From a virus: DNA of 32,382 bases. The translations under genes and the position numbers were made by a program. The notes under the pieces are model-generated. The model worked only from the letters and a program-made list of their open reading frames with translations, ran no database searches and was not told the origin of the DNA. Below are positions 24,103 to 31,961 of this stretch, one piece after another (position 1 is the first letter of the stretch; each line of letters opens with the position of its first letter). The stretch lies in the IMG/VR virus record IMGVR_UViG_3300026882_000104; one strand, written 5' to 3'.

Positions 24103-24205
24103 GGCCGCTGGGGGCTCTGTGGAGCCCCGTTAGTGCTAGTTAGAGCTCTTCTAATTGGCTCTTCCTTCCGCCCCCCGCCACGTGGAGGCGACCACCATGG
24201 GGGGC
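24103..24205 (-). ncRNA. HDV-like ribozyme fold 5 (variant with extra hairpin before P2 3' strand)
   Basis: P1 GCCCCCC/GGGGGGC, P3 GCC/GGC, L3 TCCACGT, GG, imperfect P4, CTAA, inserted hairpin GGGGCTC/GAGCCCC, weak P2 TGGT/GCCA. Confidence 0.6.
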
Positions 24206-24229
24206 TAGAAAAAAAGGTTAGAATTGGGG

Positions 24230-24553
24230 CTACTGAAGGGTTACTATATACCACTTCGCAGGCACTTGCATCATTTCTTGTTCGGTAAGTACCTTACCTT
24301 CCTCGAGACGTTTAAGAAGTTGGTACACAAGCAGTGTATCTCCTCGTTTCAATGATATGCTAACCCTGTTAACTGGAACATTGACCCCTAGCTGTGTTGT
24401 TATAATTTTAGCCGTTGCCTCGTGACCAATAGCGCTAACGAAACCTTGATTGAGGATGTTTTTAACATCCTCGACGCTAGCCTCGACCACCTTAATAGTG
24501 GTCGGGGGCGTTAGCATTGATAAGGAAAAGGCGTTAGAGATGTAGACTGTCAT
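24230..24553 (-). CDS. DUF1874 / STIV B116 / AFV3-109 family archaeal viral protein
   Basis: YISNAFSLSML, FVSAIGHEATA..LGV.VPVNR..I.L..GD..LVYQL..RLEEG.VL, the characteristic family signature. Confidence 0.9.
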   Translation of the reverse strand: MTVYISNAFSLSMLTPPTTIKVVEASVEDVKNILNQGFVSAIGHEATAKIITTQLGVNVPVNRVSISLKRGDTLLVYQLLKRLEEGKVLTEQEMMQVPAKWYIVTLQ

Positions 24554-24919
24554 TTAGTCTTCACCCTCCGTCAAAAGATTGCCTAGCCACCTTTTCAGCA
24601 TCTCGAATGCGTCGTTGGCCGCAACTGGGGTATGAACCCCACTTGCGGCCTCACTTGCAGAAAAGAATAGCGCTTCCCAGATGTTTGACTCGATAGCTTT
24701 ATCACTGAAACCGCGAACTAACGCTGTTTTAAGGAGCTGACTAACGCTGGCGTGGTCGTAATCGAGGGGTAGACCGAATTGGTCTTCCCCCGGGTGCCAA
24801 CACATGGCGCCACAGGGGAATGGCTGACCACTACTATGGCATGGACAGTCGCATGTTTGGGGCGCGCTATAAGTAGCCCCACCGATGTCTTTACTCGAAA
24901 GGTTTTTATTACTTGACAT
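24554..24919 (-). CDS. Hypothetical protein with N-terminal KDIGGAT motif and a Cys/His cluster
   Basis: ATG 24919 after GGTGAG. CDCPCH..CGAMCWH. Confidence 0.6.
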   Translation of the reverse strand: MSSNKNLSSKDIGGATYSAPQTCDCPCHSSGQPFPCGAMCWHPGEDQFGLPLDYDHASVSQLLKTALVRGFSDKAIESNIWEALFFSASEAASGVHTPVAANDAFEMLKRWLGNLLTEGED

Positions 24920-25000
24920 TTTTCTCACCAAAAGCGGTGGTGCTTGGTGAAGAGCCAAAAGAAGAGCTCTTCGCTAAGCATCGTGATTAGCGTTTTTTTG

Positions 25001-25007
25001 TTATAAA
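25001..25007 (-). promoter_or_regulatory. TATA box at the head of the ribozyme-punctuated transcription unit
   Basis: The - strand reads TTTATAA upstream of the leader of 24554-24919. Confidence 0.5.
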
Positions 25008-25041
25008 TGTCGTCGGGCGCTTTTTTTCTTCCACGCTTCGC

Positions 25042-25167
25042 CAAAGCGTGCGTGCGCGCGCGCTTACGCGTGCGTGCTTACACACACGTGCGTTATCACA
25101 CGTGCGCACAAAAGTGCGCACAACGCACGCGTGTAAACACTTCACACGCGCGCCTTCGCGCGCACGA
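25042..25167. repeat. Alternating purine-pyrimidine tract (CGCG/CACA/GTGC-rich)
   Basis: gcgtgcgtgcgcgcgcgcttacgcgtgcgtgcttacacacacgtgcg...cacacgcgcgccttcgcgcgcacg, compositionally unlike the rest of the window. Confidence 0.8.
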
Positions 25168-25208
25168 TTTGATTCAGCTTTTTGGGATTACATGTTTTTT
25201 CACCTTAC

Positions 25209-25247
25209 GAAAATTGCGTGAAAATGTGATTTTTTCACGCAATTTTC
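25209..25247. repeat. Perfect 16-bp inverted repeat with 7-bp spacer
   Basis: gaaaattgcgtgaaaa-tgtgatt-ttttcacgcaattttc. Confidence 0.85.
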
Positions 25248-25388
25248 AACAAAAAAACGCAAAACAAAAATTTAAGCTTTACGACAAAGAAATAAATTTA
25301 TTACTCCATTACATATCGGTTCCTTTTGTAAAATTTTTAAAATTTTTAAAAAAACAAAAAAGCAAAAAGAAAGGGGAAAGAGGAAGAG

Positions 25389-25404
25389 GAAAAAGAAATA
25401 TAAG
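25389..25404 (+). promoter_or_regulatory. BRE/TATA promoter of the RHH-recombinase operon
   Basis: GAAAAAGAAATATAAG about 21 nt upstream of ATG 25425. Confidence 0.55.
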
Positions 25405-25424
25405 TGGATATCCATTGAAGATTT

Positions 25425-25580
25425 ATGGTTCGTGTAAGTGTGGTTCTTCCCGACGAACTCGATGAAAGGTTCAGAAAGGAAATCATAAGAAGGAAAGGAT
25501 ATAAGAAGGGGTATTACTCGGAGAGTGTGAAGGAGGCGATTGAACTTTGGCTCAACCATGGGTTAAGCCAAAAACAGTAG
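25425..25580 (+). CDS. Ribbon-helix-helix (CopG-like) regulator, 51 aa (missed by the ORF track)
   Basis: Manual translation MVRVSVVLPDELDERFRKEIIRRKGYKKGYYSESVKEAIELWLNHGLSQKQ. Confidence 0.8.
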   Translation: MVRVSVVLPDELDERFRKEIIRRKGYKKGYYSESVKEAIELWLNHGLSQKQ

Positions 25581-26125
25581 AGAACATCCTGACTGAGAGG
25601 GATGTAGTGAGACTGCTGAAGGCGTGCAGGAATAAGAGGGAAGCCTTCGTTGTAGGGGGTCTCGTATTCACCGGGATGAGGGTTTCAGAGTTCATCCACA
25701 TGGATAGGTCGTGGATAAGAGATGGGGCGATTCACATACCGAGGTCCAAGAAGTGTTCGTGTTCAGAATGTGCCAAAAAAGGGGGTATTTGGACACCCAA
25801 GACCCCTAGCAGTATAAGGGTTATTCCCATAGTCCCCGAGATAGAAAGTCTGTTTTCCGAGTTCTTCTCTGAATACAATTCAGTGATGGAACTCATCCCG
25901 AATAGGCAGAAAGCCCACTACATCATAAGGGATGTTGGAAAAAGGATAAACAAGAAGGTCTTTCCCCACTCACTCAGAGGAACCTTTGCTACAATACTTG
26001 CCAAAAAAGGTTTTAATCCCTTTGAGATAAAGGATGTTATGGGCTGGAGCAAGATAGATGTTGCCATGTCGTATATCAACATGGTGGGTGCGTATGTTAA
26101 GGAGGCGTTCAGGCAGAAATGGTAG
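25547..26125 (+). CDS. Tyrosine recombinase/integrase (catalytic domain only)
   Basis: FTGMRVSE (R), TPKT (K), FPHSLRGTFAT (HxxR), MGWS and MSYI (Y). Confidence 0.92.
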   Translation: MAQPWVKPKTVENILTERDVVRLLKACRNKREAFVVGGLVFTGMRVSEFIHMDRSWIRDGAIHIPRSKKCSCSECAKKGGIWTPKTPSSIRVIPIVPEIESLFSEFFSEYNSVMELIPNRQKAHYIIRDVGKRINKKVFPHSLRGTFATILAKKGFNPFEIKDVMGWSKIDVAMSYINMVGAYVKEAFRQKW

Positions 26126-26511
26126 ACCAGAAGGAGAGGATTAAACGCATTTTTTCAGACCTTAGAGGATGGGGAAGCATCTCAGAATACAACACGGGTA
26201 TGTTCATCAGGAAGTTCATGCTGGATGCGGGTAGACCCGTCTACCCCTACGAAATATGGAGAGCCTTAACACTCGAAAAGAAGTATAAAGGTGGACTGGA
26301 GCCAGGAAGGTATGTTAGCTTCATCGCAAACTACATTGTACCATTAAAGAAACACGGCTACATAGTGGAGTATGGATATGGTGACCAACCACTGAAGTCC
26401 AATGGAGAAGGCCATATACCCCGTTCTAAGAGGAAAAAGTTTTATATTATTAACAAGAGTAAAATAAACGACCCATTATGGTCGAATGTTCAAAAACTGA
26501 AGGTGATGTGA
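26119..26511 (+). CDS. Hypothetical protein, possibly winged-helix
   Basis: Overlaps the integrase stop. PVYPYEIWRAL..IVPLKKHGYIV..KKFYII pattern. Confidence 0.55.
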   Translation: MVDQKERIKRIFSDLRGWGSISEYNTGMFIRKFMLDAGRPVYPYEIWRALTLEKKYKGGLEPGRYVSFIANYIVPLKKHGYIVEYGYGDQPLKSNGEGHIPRSKRKKFYIINKSKINDPLWSNVQKLKVM

Positions 26512-26512
26512 T

Positions 26513-26821
26513 GTGGTGTTCATAAAAATCTATAAAAAGGTTCCCACATCAGTCTCCACTTCGGAAGCACCCGATGATGGTGATGTGCAGTACTGTCTGG
26601 ACATACCTTCGTTGGTGGATAAGTTCACACTTGCTATGATTGTTGGTGCAGTGTCAAAAGGTGCCAAGATGTCACAACGTGATGAACAGCTGGTCAAGAA
26701 ATACGGGTTGTATGACGATTATAAGAAGCTCGAAAACACAAAAGATGAAGAGAAAAAAGAGGATATTGAAATAGAAATTCTGAATAAAATAGTTGGACTC
26801 AGATCCGAAGGGCAGCCATAA
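26513..26821 (+). CDS. Hypothetical protein
   Basis: Co-directional ORF, converges with the structural operon. Confidence 0.55.
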   Translation: MVFIKIYKKVPTSVSTSEAPDDGDVQYCLDIPSLVDKFTLAMIVGAVSKGAKMSQRDEQLVKKYGLYDDYKKLENTKDEEKKEDIEIEILNKIVGLRSEGQP

Positions 26822-27128
26822 ATTTGGCTTTCCACTTATCAGCCAATTCGGTCGCGTCGGCACTCACTCTTTTTCTCCAAGCCTCTGCTAGGGTTGCACC
26901 GCTCAATGCTTCTACTTTTGTTCTGTATTTGTTCTTTATAGAGTCAGGGGCGTTTGGAAACGCCTTACTCCAGTTCTCAGCAGCCTTACCCTTATTCGCA
27001 TCAAAGTCTCTCTGAAATGCTGAAACCTCAGCGTCAAGCAATTTTGGATCCGTGAAGACAGTCACCAGTTTCTCTCTTCCCGCGTTTACTGTTGCCTCTG
27101 TTACCCTTTCTACAACCTGTTTAGCCAT
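26799..27128 (-). CDS. Alpha-helical Ala/Lys-rich protein, putative nucleocapsid or DNA-binding virion protein
   Basis: Three A(E/D)xWxK-like repeats (AENWSK, AEAWRK, ADKWKAKF). Last gene of the probable structural cluster. Function inferred. Confidence 0.5.
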   Translation of the reverse strand: MAKQVVERVTEATVNAGREKLVTVFTDPKLLDAEVSAFQRDFDANKGKAAENWSKAFPNAPDSIKNKYRTKVEALSGATLAEAWRKRVSADATELADKWKAKFMAALRI

Positions 27129-27164
27129 ACTCTTAAAACGTGAAGGGAGTTAAAAAAGTTTTTG

Positions 27165-27191
27165 GTGGGCAGGGGGGTCTCCCCCCGCCCA
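27165..27191 (-). terminator. GC-rich hairpin followed by a U tract
   Basis: The - strand reads GGGCGGGGGG-AGAC-CCCCCTGCCC then AAAAACTTTTTT, after the stop of 27198-27593. Confidence 0.5.
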
Positions 27192-27197
27192 TGAAGA

Positions 27198-27593
27198 CTA
27201 CTGCCTCTGTTCATCTAGCGTATAGGTTACCAGACCCGAGACTGCTGAACCCGCTGGAAGAACTGATGTGAATATCATCTGACCTCCACCGTTTATAGCG
27301 AAGAGTGGTTGAGTTATTTCTCTTTCCTCTTCCGCGTATCCACTACTACCTACAACGGCCTGGTACACAGGTGCATTTATGGAACTATCAGTTATCGTGA
27401 GCGTTACTGGTGCTGAAGATGAAGTTGAAGCTGTGAACCTTCTGCCATACAGCTTATAGAAATTGGGCACATATGTGTTTGCTGTTCCATCTGGACCAAC
27501 CGTGGCTGTTACAGTTGCGGTAACAGTGGCCGTGTTCACCAGGTTGAATGGTATCGTGAATCGGGTTGAATACCTCAGGAGTTCAAATGACAT
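27198..27593 (-). CDS. Beta-rich Thr/Ser-rich protein, putative virion component
   Basis: NTATVTATVTATV strands. Shares the NTATVTAT motif with 28426-28764. Confidence 0.55.
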   Translation of the reverse strand: MSFELLRYSTRFTIPFNLVNTATVTATVTATVGPDGTANTYVPNFYKLYGRRFTASTSSSAPVTLTITDSSINAPVYQAVVGSSGYAEEEREITQPLFAINGGGQMIFTSVLPAGSAVSGLVTYTLDEQRQ

Positions 27594-27595
27594 AT

Positions 27596-28429
27596 CTATC
27601 TACCTGTTATCCTCTGAAAAAGACCTGGTGGCTGAAGCGGTCTAGCAACAACCGGCTGTGGTGCTGGAACTGTTGAAGGTGGTTGTGATGTTATCTGATA
27701 GAACTTCAGGTCTAAATCAGAAATGAACTGGTCTGGTGCCCCTGCTGGATTTGCTATACCACCCATCCTGTAAACCTCGTTGTTCCTGATTGCTTCCGCC
27801 ACATCATTCGGGTTGTTTGTGCCCTCTACTCTCAACCACTGGATATAAGTCTTCATTCTCCAAGTAGTCGCGAAAGGATAGGTGTTCAGAAGGGAGAAGC
27901 GCCATGAGAAGCCCTTTATTGCAACAATCGGTCTTATCCTCTGGATGTTTTCATAAGGAGAGTCGCTTCCCTTCAGCGCACCAAAGTTGAAGTCGGATAT
28001 TGTGGGTGCGAATAGTGGTAGTGCAGCCACAGCTGTGTTATCCCTTTCGTAGTAATCATACATCCACACTCCTGTGGGATAGAGACCCCTGTAGAATATC
28101 ATTATGTTCGATGAGTCCAGGTTGGAAGGAATGGAGAAGAAATCAGTGTTCGGGGATTGTTCGGCGCGTATGGCACTTAGAGTGTAGGGTCCAATGAACA
28201 CGGGTACATCGACCACTATGTTTACAGTCTGACCCCCAATACTCACTTGCTGAACTTTCTGCTGGATTGGTGGAAGCACCTGAAGAGAACTGATGTTGGT
28301 TTCCAGTATTGGGTTATACTCATATATGAAGTCCTGTCTATCCAGAACCCTGAGGGATACGAAGCCTTCATTGAAAAGAAGTGCAAAAACTTCTCCTATC
28401 TCAGGGCCCTTTATGTGTTCCGTCATCAC
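27596..28429 (-). CDS. Putative virion structural protein
   Basis: Beta-rich, Pro-rich C-terminal tail, within the leaderless operon starting at 29578. Confidence 0.5.
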   Translation of the reverse strand: MMTEHIKGPEIGEVFALLFNEGFVSLRVLDRQDFIYEYNPILETNISSLQVLPPIQQKVQQVSIGGQTVNIVVDVPVFIGPYTLSAIRAEQSPNTDFFSIPSNLDSSNIMIFYRGLYPTGVWMYDYYERDNTAVAALPLFAPTISDFNFGALKGSDSPYENIQRIRPIVAIKGFSWRFSLLNTYPFATTWRMKTYIQWLRVEGTNNPNDVAEAIRNNEVYRMGGIANPAGAPDQFISDLDLKFYQITSQPPSTVPAPQPVVARPLQPPGLFQRITGR

Positions 28430-28764
28430 CTTGCACCGTTGAGTGCAACTATCACGGTAGCTGTAAGTGTTGCCCCCGCTGCAACTGATATACCGGTTCC
28501 CGGTGAAGACCAGAACTGGACTGTGAACTGATTTGTGTTTGGACCAAGTGATGATAGAGTTGCGAAACCAACGAGACCGCTCGAGTTCACCACGAAGAGT
28601 GGGACGACCTCAAACAAGTTCTTGAGTTTCTGAGATGTGAGTGTCTGTGCTGGAAGGGTTGCTGTAACAGTGGCTGTATTGGTATAGGTTATGGGTATCC
28701 CTTCTAGCAGCGGATATTGGCGGAGGAGTTTTGGGTAGCTCGGGATGGTGAGCATATTACTCAT
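28426..28764 (-). CDS. Small beta-rich putative virion protein
   Basis: NTATVTATL and AGATLTATVIV strands. Confidence 0.5.
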   Translation of the reverse strand: MSNMLTIPSYPKLLRQYPLLEGIPITYTNTATVTATLPAQTLTSQKLKNLFEVVPLFVVNSSGLVGFATLSSLGPNTNQFTVQFWSSPGTGISVAAGATLTATVIVALNGAR

Positions 28765-28774
28765 TTGCGCTCAC

Positions 28775-29578
28775 CTAGTTCTGATAGTAGAACATATCGG
28801 CTGGCATGAAGATGAAGCCTATTGGGACGTATTCTGATAGACCTGTGTATGTGGGCATAACCTGCATGTAGAACTGGGAGTTGATGTTTATCAAAACCGC
28901 TGGGTTTGCTTCCACATAGTAGTAGTCACCCACATCGATGTAATTAAAGCGCTGAATGAACTGTCTTGCGTTTGAGGCTTGGATGACCCACTGCTGACGT
29001 GTAAACTTGGGATACGGTGCCTTCTCTAAGTAACCCGTTATGGCTATCTGAACCCTGTCTCTGAGCCATGTAAAGCTTGATGGGTTCCCTGTACCCTGCG
29101 AACCAGTGTTGATTGGTAGTGTTGGACTTCCAAAGAAGTCAATCCACTGACCTGAGACACTTATGTTTCTGGCAAAGTTGGTGGCCACGTAGTATGGGCT
29201 TGTTGAAGTACCCACGTTCCTTACGTTGAGGTAAACCGGGTTACTGGGGTCGTTTGGAGTGGCACCGGTCGATGTGAGCTGGAGACTCGAAGTGAATATC
29301 TCTGCATCTATGGGTATGAAGCCGAACTCTCCCTTACCTGGATACGCTCCACCGAAGGTTTTATAGTTTGTGGTTTCAAAGCCGACCTTCACCATTCCCA
29401 AGAGGTACTCATACACCTGAAGGTTGTCGTAGAGGATGTTCTGTATGCTCCTGAAGGTGTTGTCTATCTTTGAGTATATCTGTATGCCGTCGATCAGTGC
29501 CTGTCTCTCGTCCGCTGTTACGTTCAGTGGTCTAGTTGACCCTGATAGGGTGCTAACCAGATTTAATTCCGAAACCAT
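28775..29578 (-). CDS. Putative major virion/capsid protein
   Basis: First gene after a TATA box (leaderless ATG 29578). Helical N-terminus, FGGAYPGKGEFG motif, beta-rich C-terminus. Family not recognised. Confidence 0.45.
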   Translation of the reverse strand: MVSELNLVSTLSGSTRPLNVTADERQALIDGIQIYSKIDNTFRSIQNILYDNLQVYEYLLGMVKVGFETTNYKTFGGAYPGKGEFGFIPIDAEIFTSSLQLTSTGATPNDPSNPVYLNVRNVGTSTSPYYVATNFARNISVSGQWIDFFGSPTLPINTGSQGTGNPSSFTWLRDRVQIAITGYLEKAPYPKFTRQQWVIQASNARQFIQRFNYIDVGDYYYVEANPAVLININSQFYMQVMPTYTGLSEYVPIGFIFMPADMFYYQN

Positions 29579-29599
29579 AAAGCATATAATAGGGAAGGC

Positions 29600-29614
29600 C
29601 AAATAAACTTATTC
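29600..29614 (-). promoter_or_regulatory. BRE/TATA promoter of the structural operon
   Basis: The - strand reads GAATAAGTTTATTTG about 22 nt upstream of ATG 29578. Confidence 0.55.
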
Positions 29615-29628
29615 AAATTGGTGACCAT

Positions 29629-29787
29629 ATGGCTACCAAAAAGAAGAGAATAATAATCAGACTTCATGGGGGAAAGGACACAAAATACGTGCTTGAAATG
29701 TGGACCTACCACAGAAATAAGTACAGAAACTCAGAGTATGCGCTTCTAGATTTACTCAGAATGCGATACCCATACCATTCGCAATGA
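29629..29787 (+). CDS. Small basic hypothetical protein, possibly RHH-like (52 aa)
   Basis: Manual translation MATKKKRIIIRLHGGKDTKYVLEMWTYHRNKYRNSEYALLDLLRMRYPYHSQ, preceded by GGTGA. Confidence 0.4.
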   Translation: MATKKKRIIIRLHGGKDTKYVLEMWTYHRNKYRNSEYALLDLLRMRYPYHSQ

Positions 29788-30877
29788 TGTCGTGCAGTTT
29801 CTGAGCCGCGCTTTCCCATGTGTATGTTACGGCTTTTTGCTTTGCGTTTTTCTTCTCATCTAGTGCTTTGATTACCTGTTCCACCGCGTTTACTGGGTCT
29901 ATGAGAACTTCGAAGCTTCCCCACGCAGTTGGGTAATATGGGTTACCACTTATATAGTACACGTCGTCCCCGTATAATTCATGGAACACTGGGTGGTCTG
30001 TTACCACACATGGAACCCCGCTTGCAGATGCCTCAAGCACAGGTAGACAGAAACCCTCAGCCGTGGAAACACTCAGGTAGACATCACTCGCACCCAAAAT
30101 GTTTGCGTAGTCTTCCTCAGGTATCCCCCAGTTTTTGGATATAAAGCGGGGATAATACACCATCCCCTGAAGTCCGAGTGCACGTTCCCACACATCAAGG
30201 TCCCAGTAGAATACAGGTTCAGTTCCCAGAAAGAGCTGCGCATCAACCCCTTCATTCAGCAATAGACGATACACGGTGAGCGCGAGGGGAAGCATCTTTC
30301 TGTAATCAATGTTCATCGCAACGTAAGAAATAAGGGGTTTAGTTGGGTCGAAGCCGTATTTCTTCTTCATTTCATTCTTATTCTTCGGGTTATAAATAGT
30401 CGTATCAACCCCATGATATACGTAATCCACCTTATCAACTCCATAAATGCTGTAAATCTGAGCACCCCACCTGGACATGGTTATCTGATAGTCGCACCTG
30501 TTCTTCGCTACATCCGCAATCTCGGGTGGAATCATGCTCTGCACAGGTGAATACAGCATAAGCTTACTTCCCACTCTCCTACACAGATCATATATATCGT
30601 AGGGTGTCTGGAAGAATCTGGGAGTGAACACCCAGTTATCCCTCACATGAATAATCACATCCGGTCTCTCAGTTTTTATATAGCGGTACATCCCTGTGAC
30701 CTCAGCACCGGGATATATCCTTCCATACTCGGTTTCGATGGGAACACCAGAAGAGCCTACATCACAGAATGAAACCTTCGCGGAGTAGAGTTTTTTGAGC
30801 TGGATTGACAGGTTCCTGACCACTTTCCCGTAACCAGTTGAATACTGGGGGGATGAAGAGATGAAGCCTATGTGCAT
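29756..30877 (-). CDS. GT-B glycosyltransferase (GT4-like)
   Basis: TGYGKV, YVYHGVD, ASDVYLSVSTAEGFCLPVLEASASGVPCVVTD (ExFxxxxxE motif). Confidence 0.92.
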   Translation of the reverse strand: MHIGFISSSPQYSTGYGKVVRNLSIQLKKLYSAKVSFCDVGSSGVPIETEYGRIYPGAEVTGMYRYIKTERPDVIIHVRDNWVFTPRFFQTPYDIYDLCRRVGSKLMLYSPVQSMIPPEIADVAKNRCDYQITMSRWGAQIYSIYGVDKVDYVYHGVDTTIYNPKNKNEMKKKYGFDPTKPLISYVAMNIDYRKMLPLALTVYRLLLNEGVDAQLFLGTEPVFYWDLDVWERALGLQGMVYYPRFISKNWGIPEEDYANILGASDVYLSVSTAEGFCLPVLEASASGVPCVVTDHPVFHELYGDDVYYISGNPYYPTAWGSFEVLIDPVNAVEQVIKALDEKKNAKQKAVTYTWESAAQKLHDIIANGMGIAF

Positions 30878-30879
30878 TT

Positions 30880-31026
30880 CTATCGCCTGTATACAAGGGA
30901 ATCCTCATCTATTTTATCTATTTTCAGAATGTAGCCGAACTTCTGCGCTTCATTCTTCAGTGTTTCTATGAAATCCACGAACTCCCCTTCGCTTTCAAAC
31001 TCAAGGTTTTTTATGTTTATGCGCAT
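30880..31026 (-). CDS. Small acidic hypothetical protein (48 aa)
   Basis: Manual translation MRINIKNLEFESEGEFVDFIETLKNEAQKFGYILKIDKIDEDSLVYRR, abutting the GT start. Confidence 0.45.
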   Translation of the reverse strand: MRINIKNLEFESEGEFVDFIETLKNEAQKFGYILKIDKIDEDSLVYRR

Positions 31027-31028
31027 AT

Positions 31029-31961
31029 ATGCGTGTATTCAGTGCTGTTCATAAAGTTTTTCTCTGGGTGCTACATGATTGTTGTGTGCCTTACCGAATA
31101 GAACTTGGAAGGGTTCCAGGTGCAATATACAATCCTCACTTCGATATATCCTTCGTTTCACAGGCTTCACAGGAACAGGCGAAACTGGTTAAACCCATCA
31201 GTCAGGGGAAGACGGAATACACAGACACGGATATACGCTACTTCTTTGAGATTCCCTCGATAATGGAGAATGGGAAGATTGTTGGCTACTCACCCAGATA
31301 TTCGGGAAGGGGAGTAAACATAGCGCTCATAGACACCGATGGATACTACAATGTCCCCGGTGTAACCTACGTTTATCATATAGGCATAACAAGACTATTT
31401 TTAAGGACGATGCACGATAATCGAAGTGTTGCCACACTCAAGGACAACTCCTTCCCCTTCATCGGTGTTGCACCTGAATCCAATGTGTTTGTCTTCCCCA
31501 CAACTGACAGCATATACACGAGTGTACCCGACTTTGCCTACGCATTCAATGCGCTTGATGAGTTCTCAAAATACAACAGGATAGACATCGTCTCCGTTCC
31601 AATGGAGGCGCATGGTTTAACACCAGTTGAGAAAGAGGCGTTTAGAAGGATTTTCGCATGGTTCGCAAGCAATGGGATACCCATCATAATAGCCTATGGG
31701 AATCAGGGTATGTCCGAACTCGTTGGGATCGAGGGTTCGTATGCAGTTAAAATAGCACAGTGGGATGCTCCATGTGAAGGTAACAAGTATCTATACGCGC
31801 CTTCCAATTTCAAGACAACGCAGGGTGTATTCACGGGTACAAGCGCTTCTACTGTTGCATACTCAGGCTTCCTCGCAGTGCTCAAACAGAATGGATACGA
31901 TATAGTTTCATTTGCTAAAAAAGGGGGATGTCAAACCTATCCCGAGCTACTTCTCGAATGA
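31029..31961 (+). CDS. Subtilisin-like (S8) serine protease
   Basis: GRGVNIALID (Asp), MHDNRSVA..IGVAPES (His), IIIAYGN (oxyanion Asn), TGTSAS (Ser). True start may be GTG 31086. Confidence 0.75.
   Translation: MRVFSAVHKVFLWVLHDCCVPYRIELGRVPGAIYNPHFDISFVSQASQEQAKLVKPISQGKTEYTDTDIRYFFEIPSIMENGKIVGYSPRYSGRGVNIALIDTDGYYNVPGVTYVYHIGITRLFLRTMHDNRSVATLKDNSFPFIGVAPESNVFVFPTTDSIYTSVPDFAYAFNALDEFSKYNRIDIVSVPMEAHGLTPVEKEAFRRIFAWFASNGIPIIIAYGNQGMSELVGIEGSYAVKIAQWDAPCEGNKYLYAPSNFKTTQGVFTGTSASTVAYSGFLAVLKQNGYDIVSFAKKGGCQTYPELLLE

Noticed and set aside
21922-24958. Long N-terminal extensions in track ORFs 21699-22214, 21922-22341, 23667-24254 and 24554-24958, plus ORFs 22561-22815 and 22725-23054
   Set aside because: They read through GC-rich ribozyme or structured RNA. 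Internal starts with GGTGA SD sites explain the real genes.
24921-24992. Additional HDV-like ribozyme in the leader of 24554-24919
   Set aside because: It forms a hairpin (TGCTT/AAGCA; GAAGAGC/GCTCTTC) but has no P1/P3/L3 pseudoknot pattern.
25007-25465. 152-aa ORF on the + strand (and 25272-25559 on the - strand)
   Set aside because: These are low-complexity translations of the purine-pyrimidine tract and A/T runs. They overlap promoters and the RHH gene.
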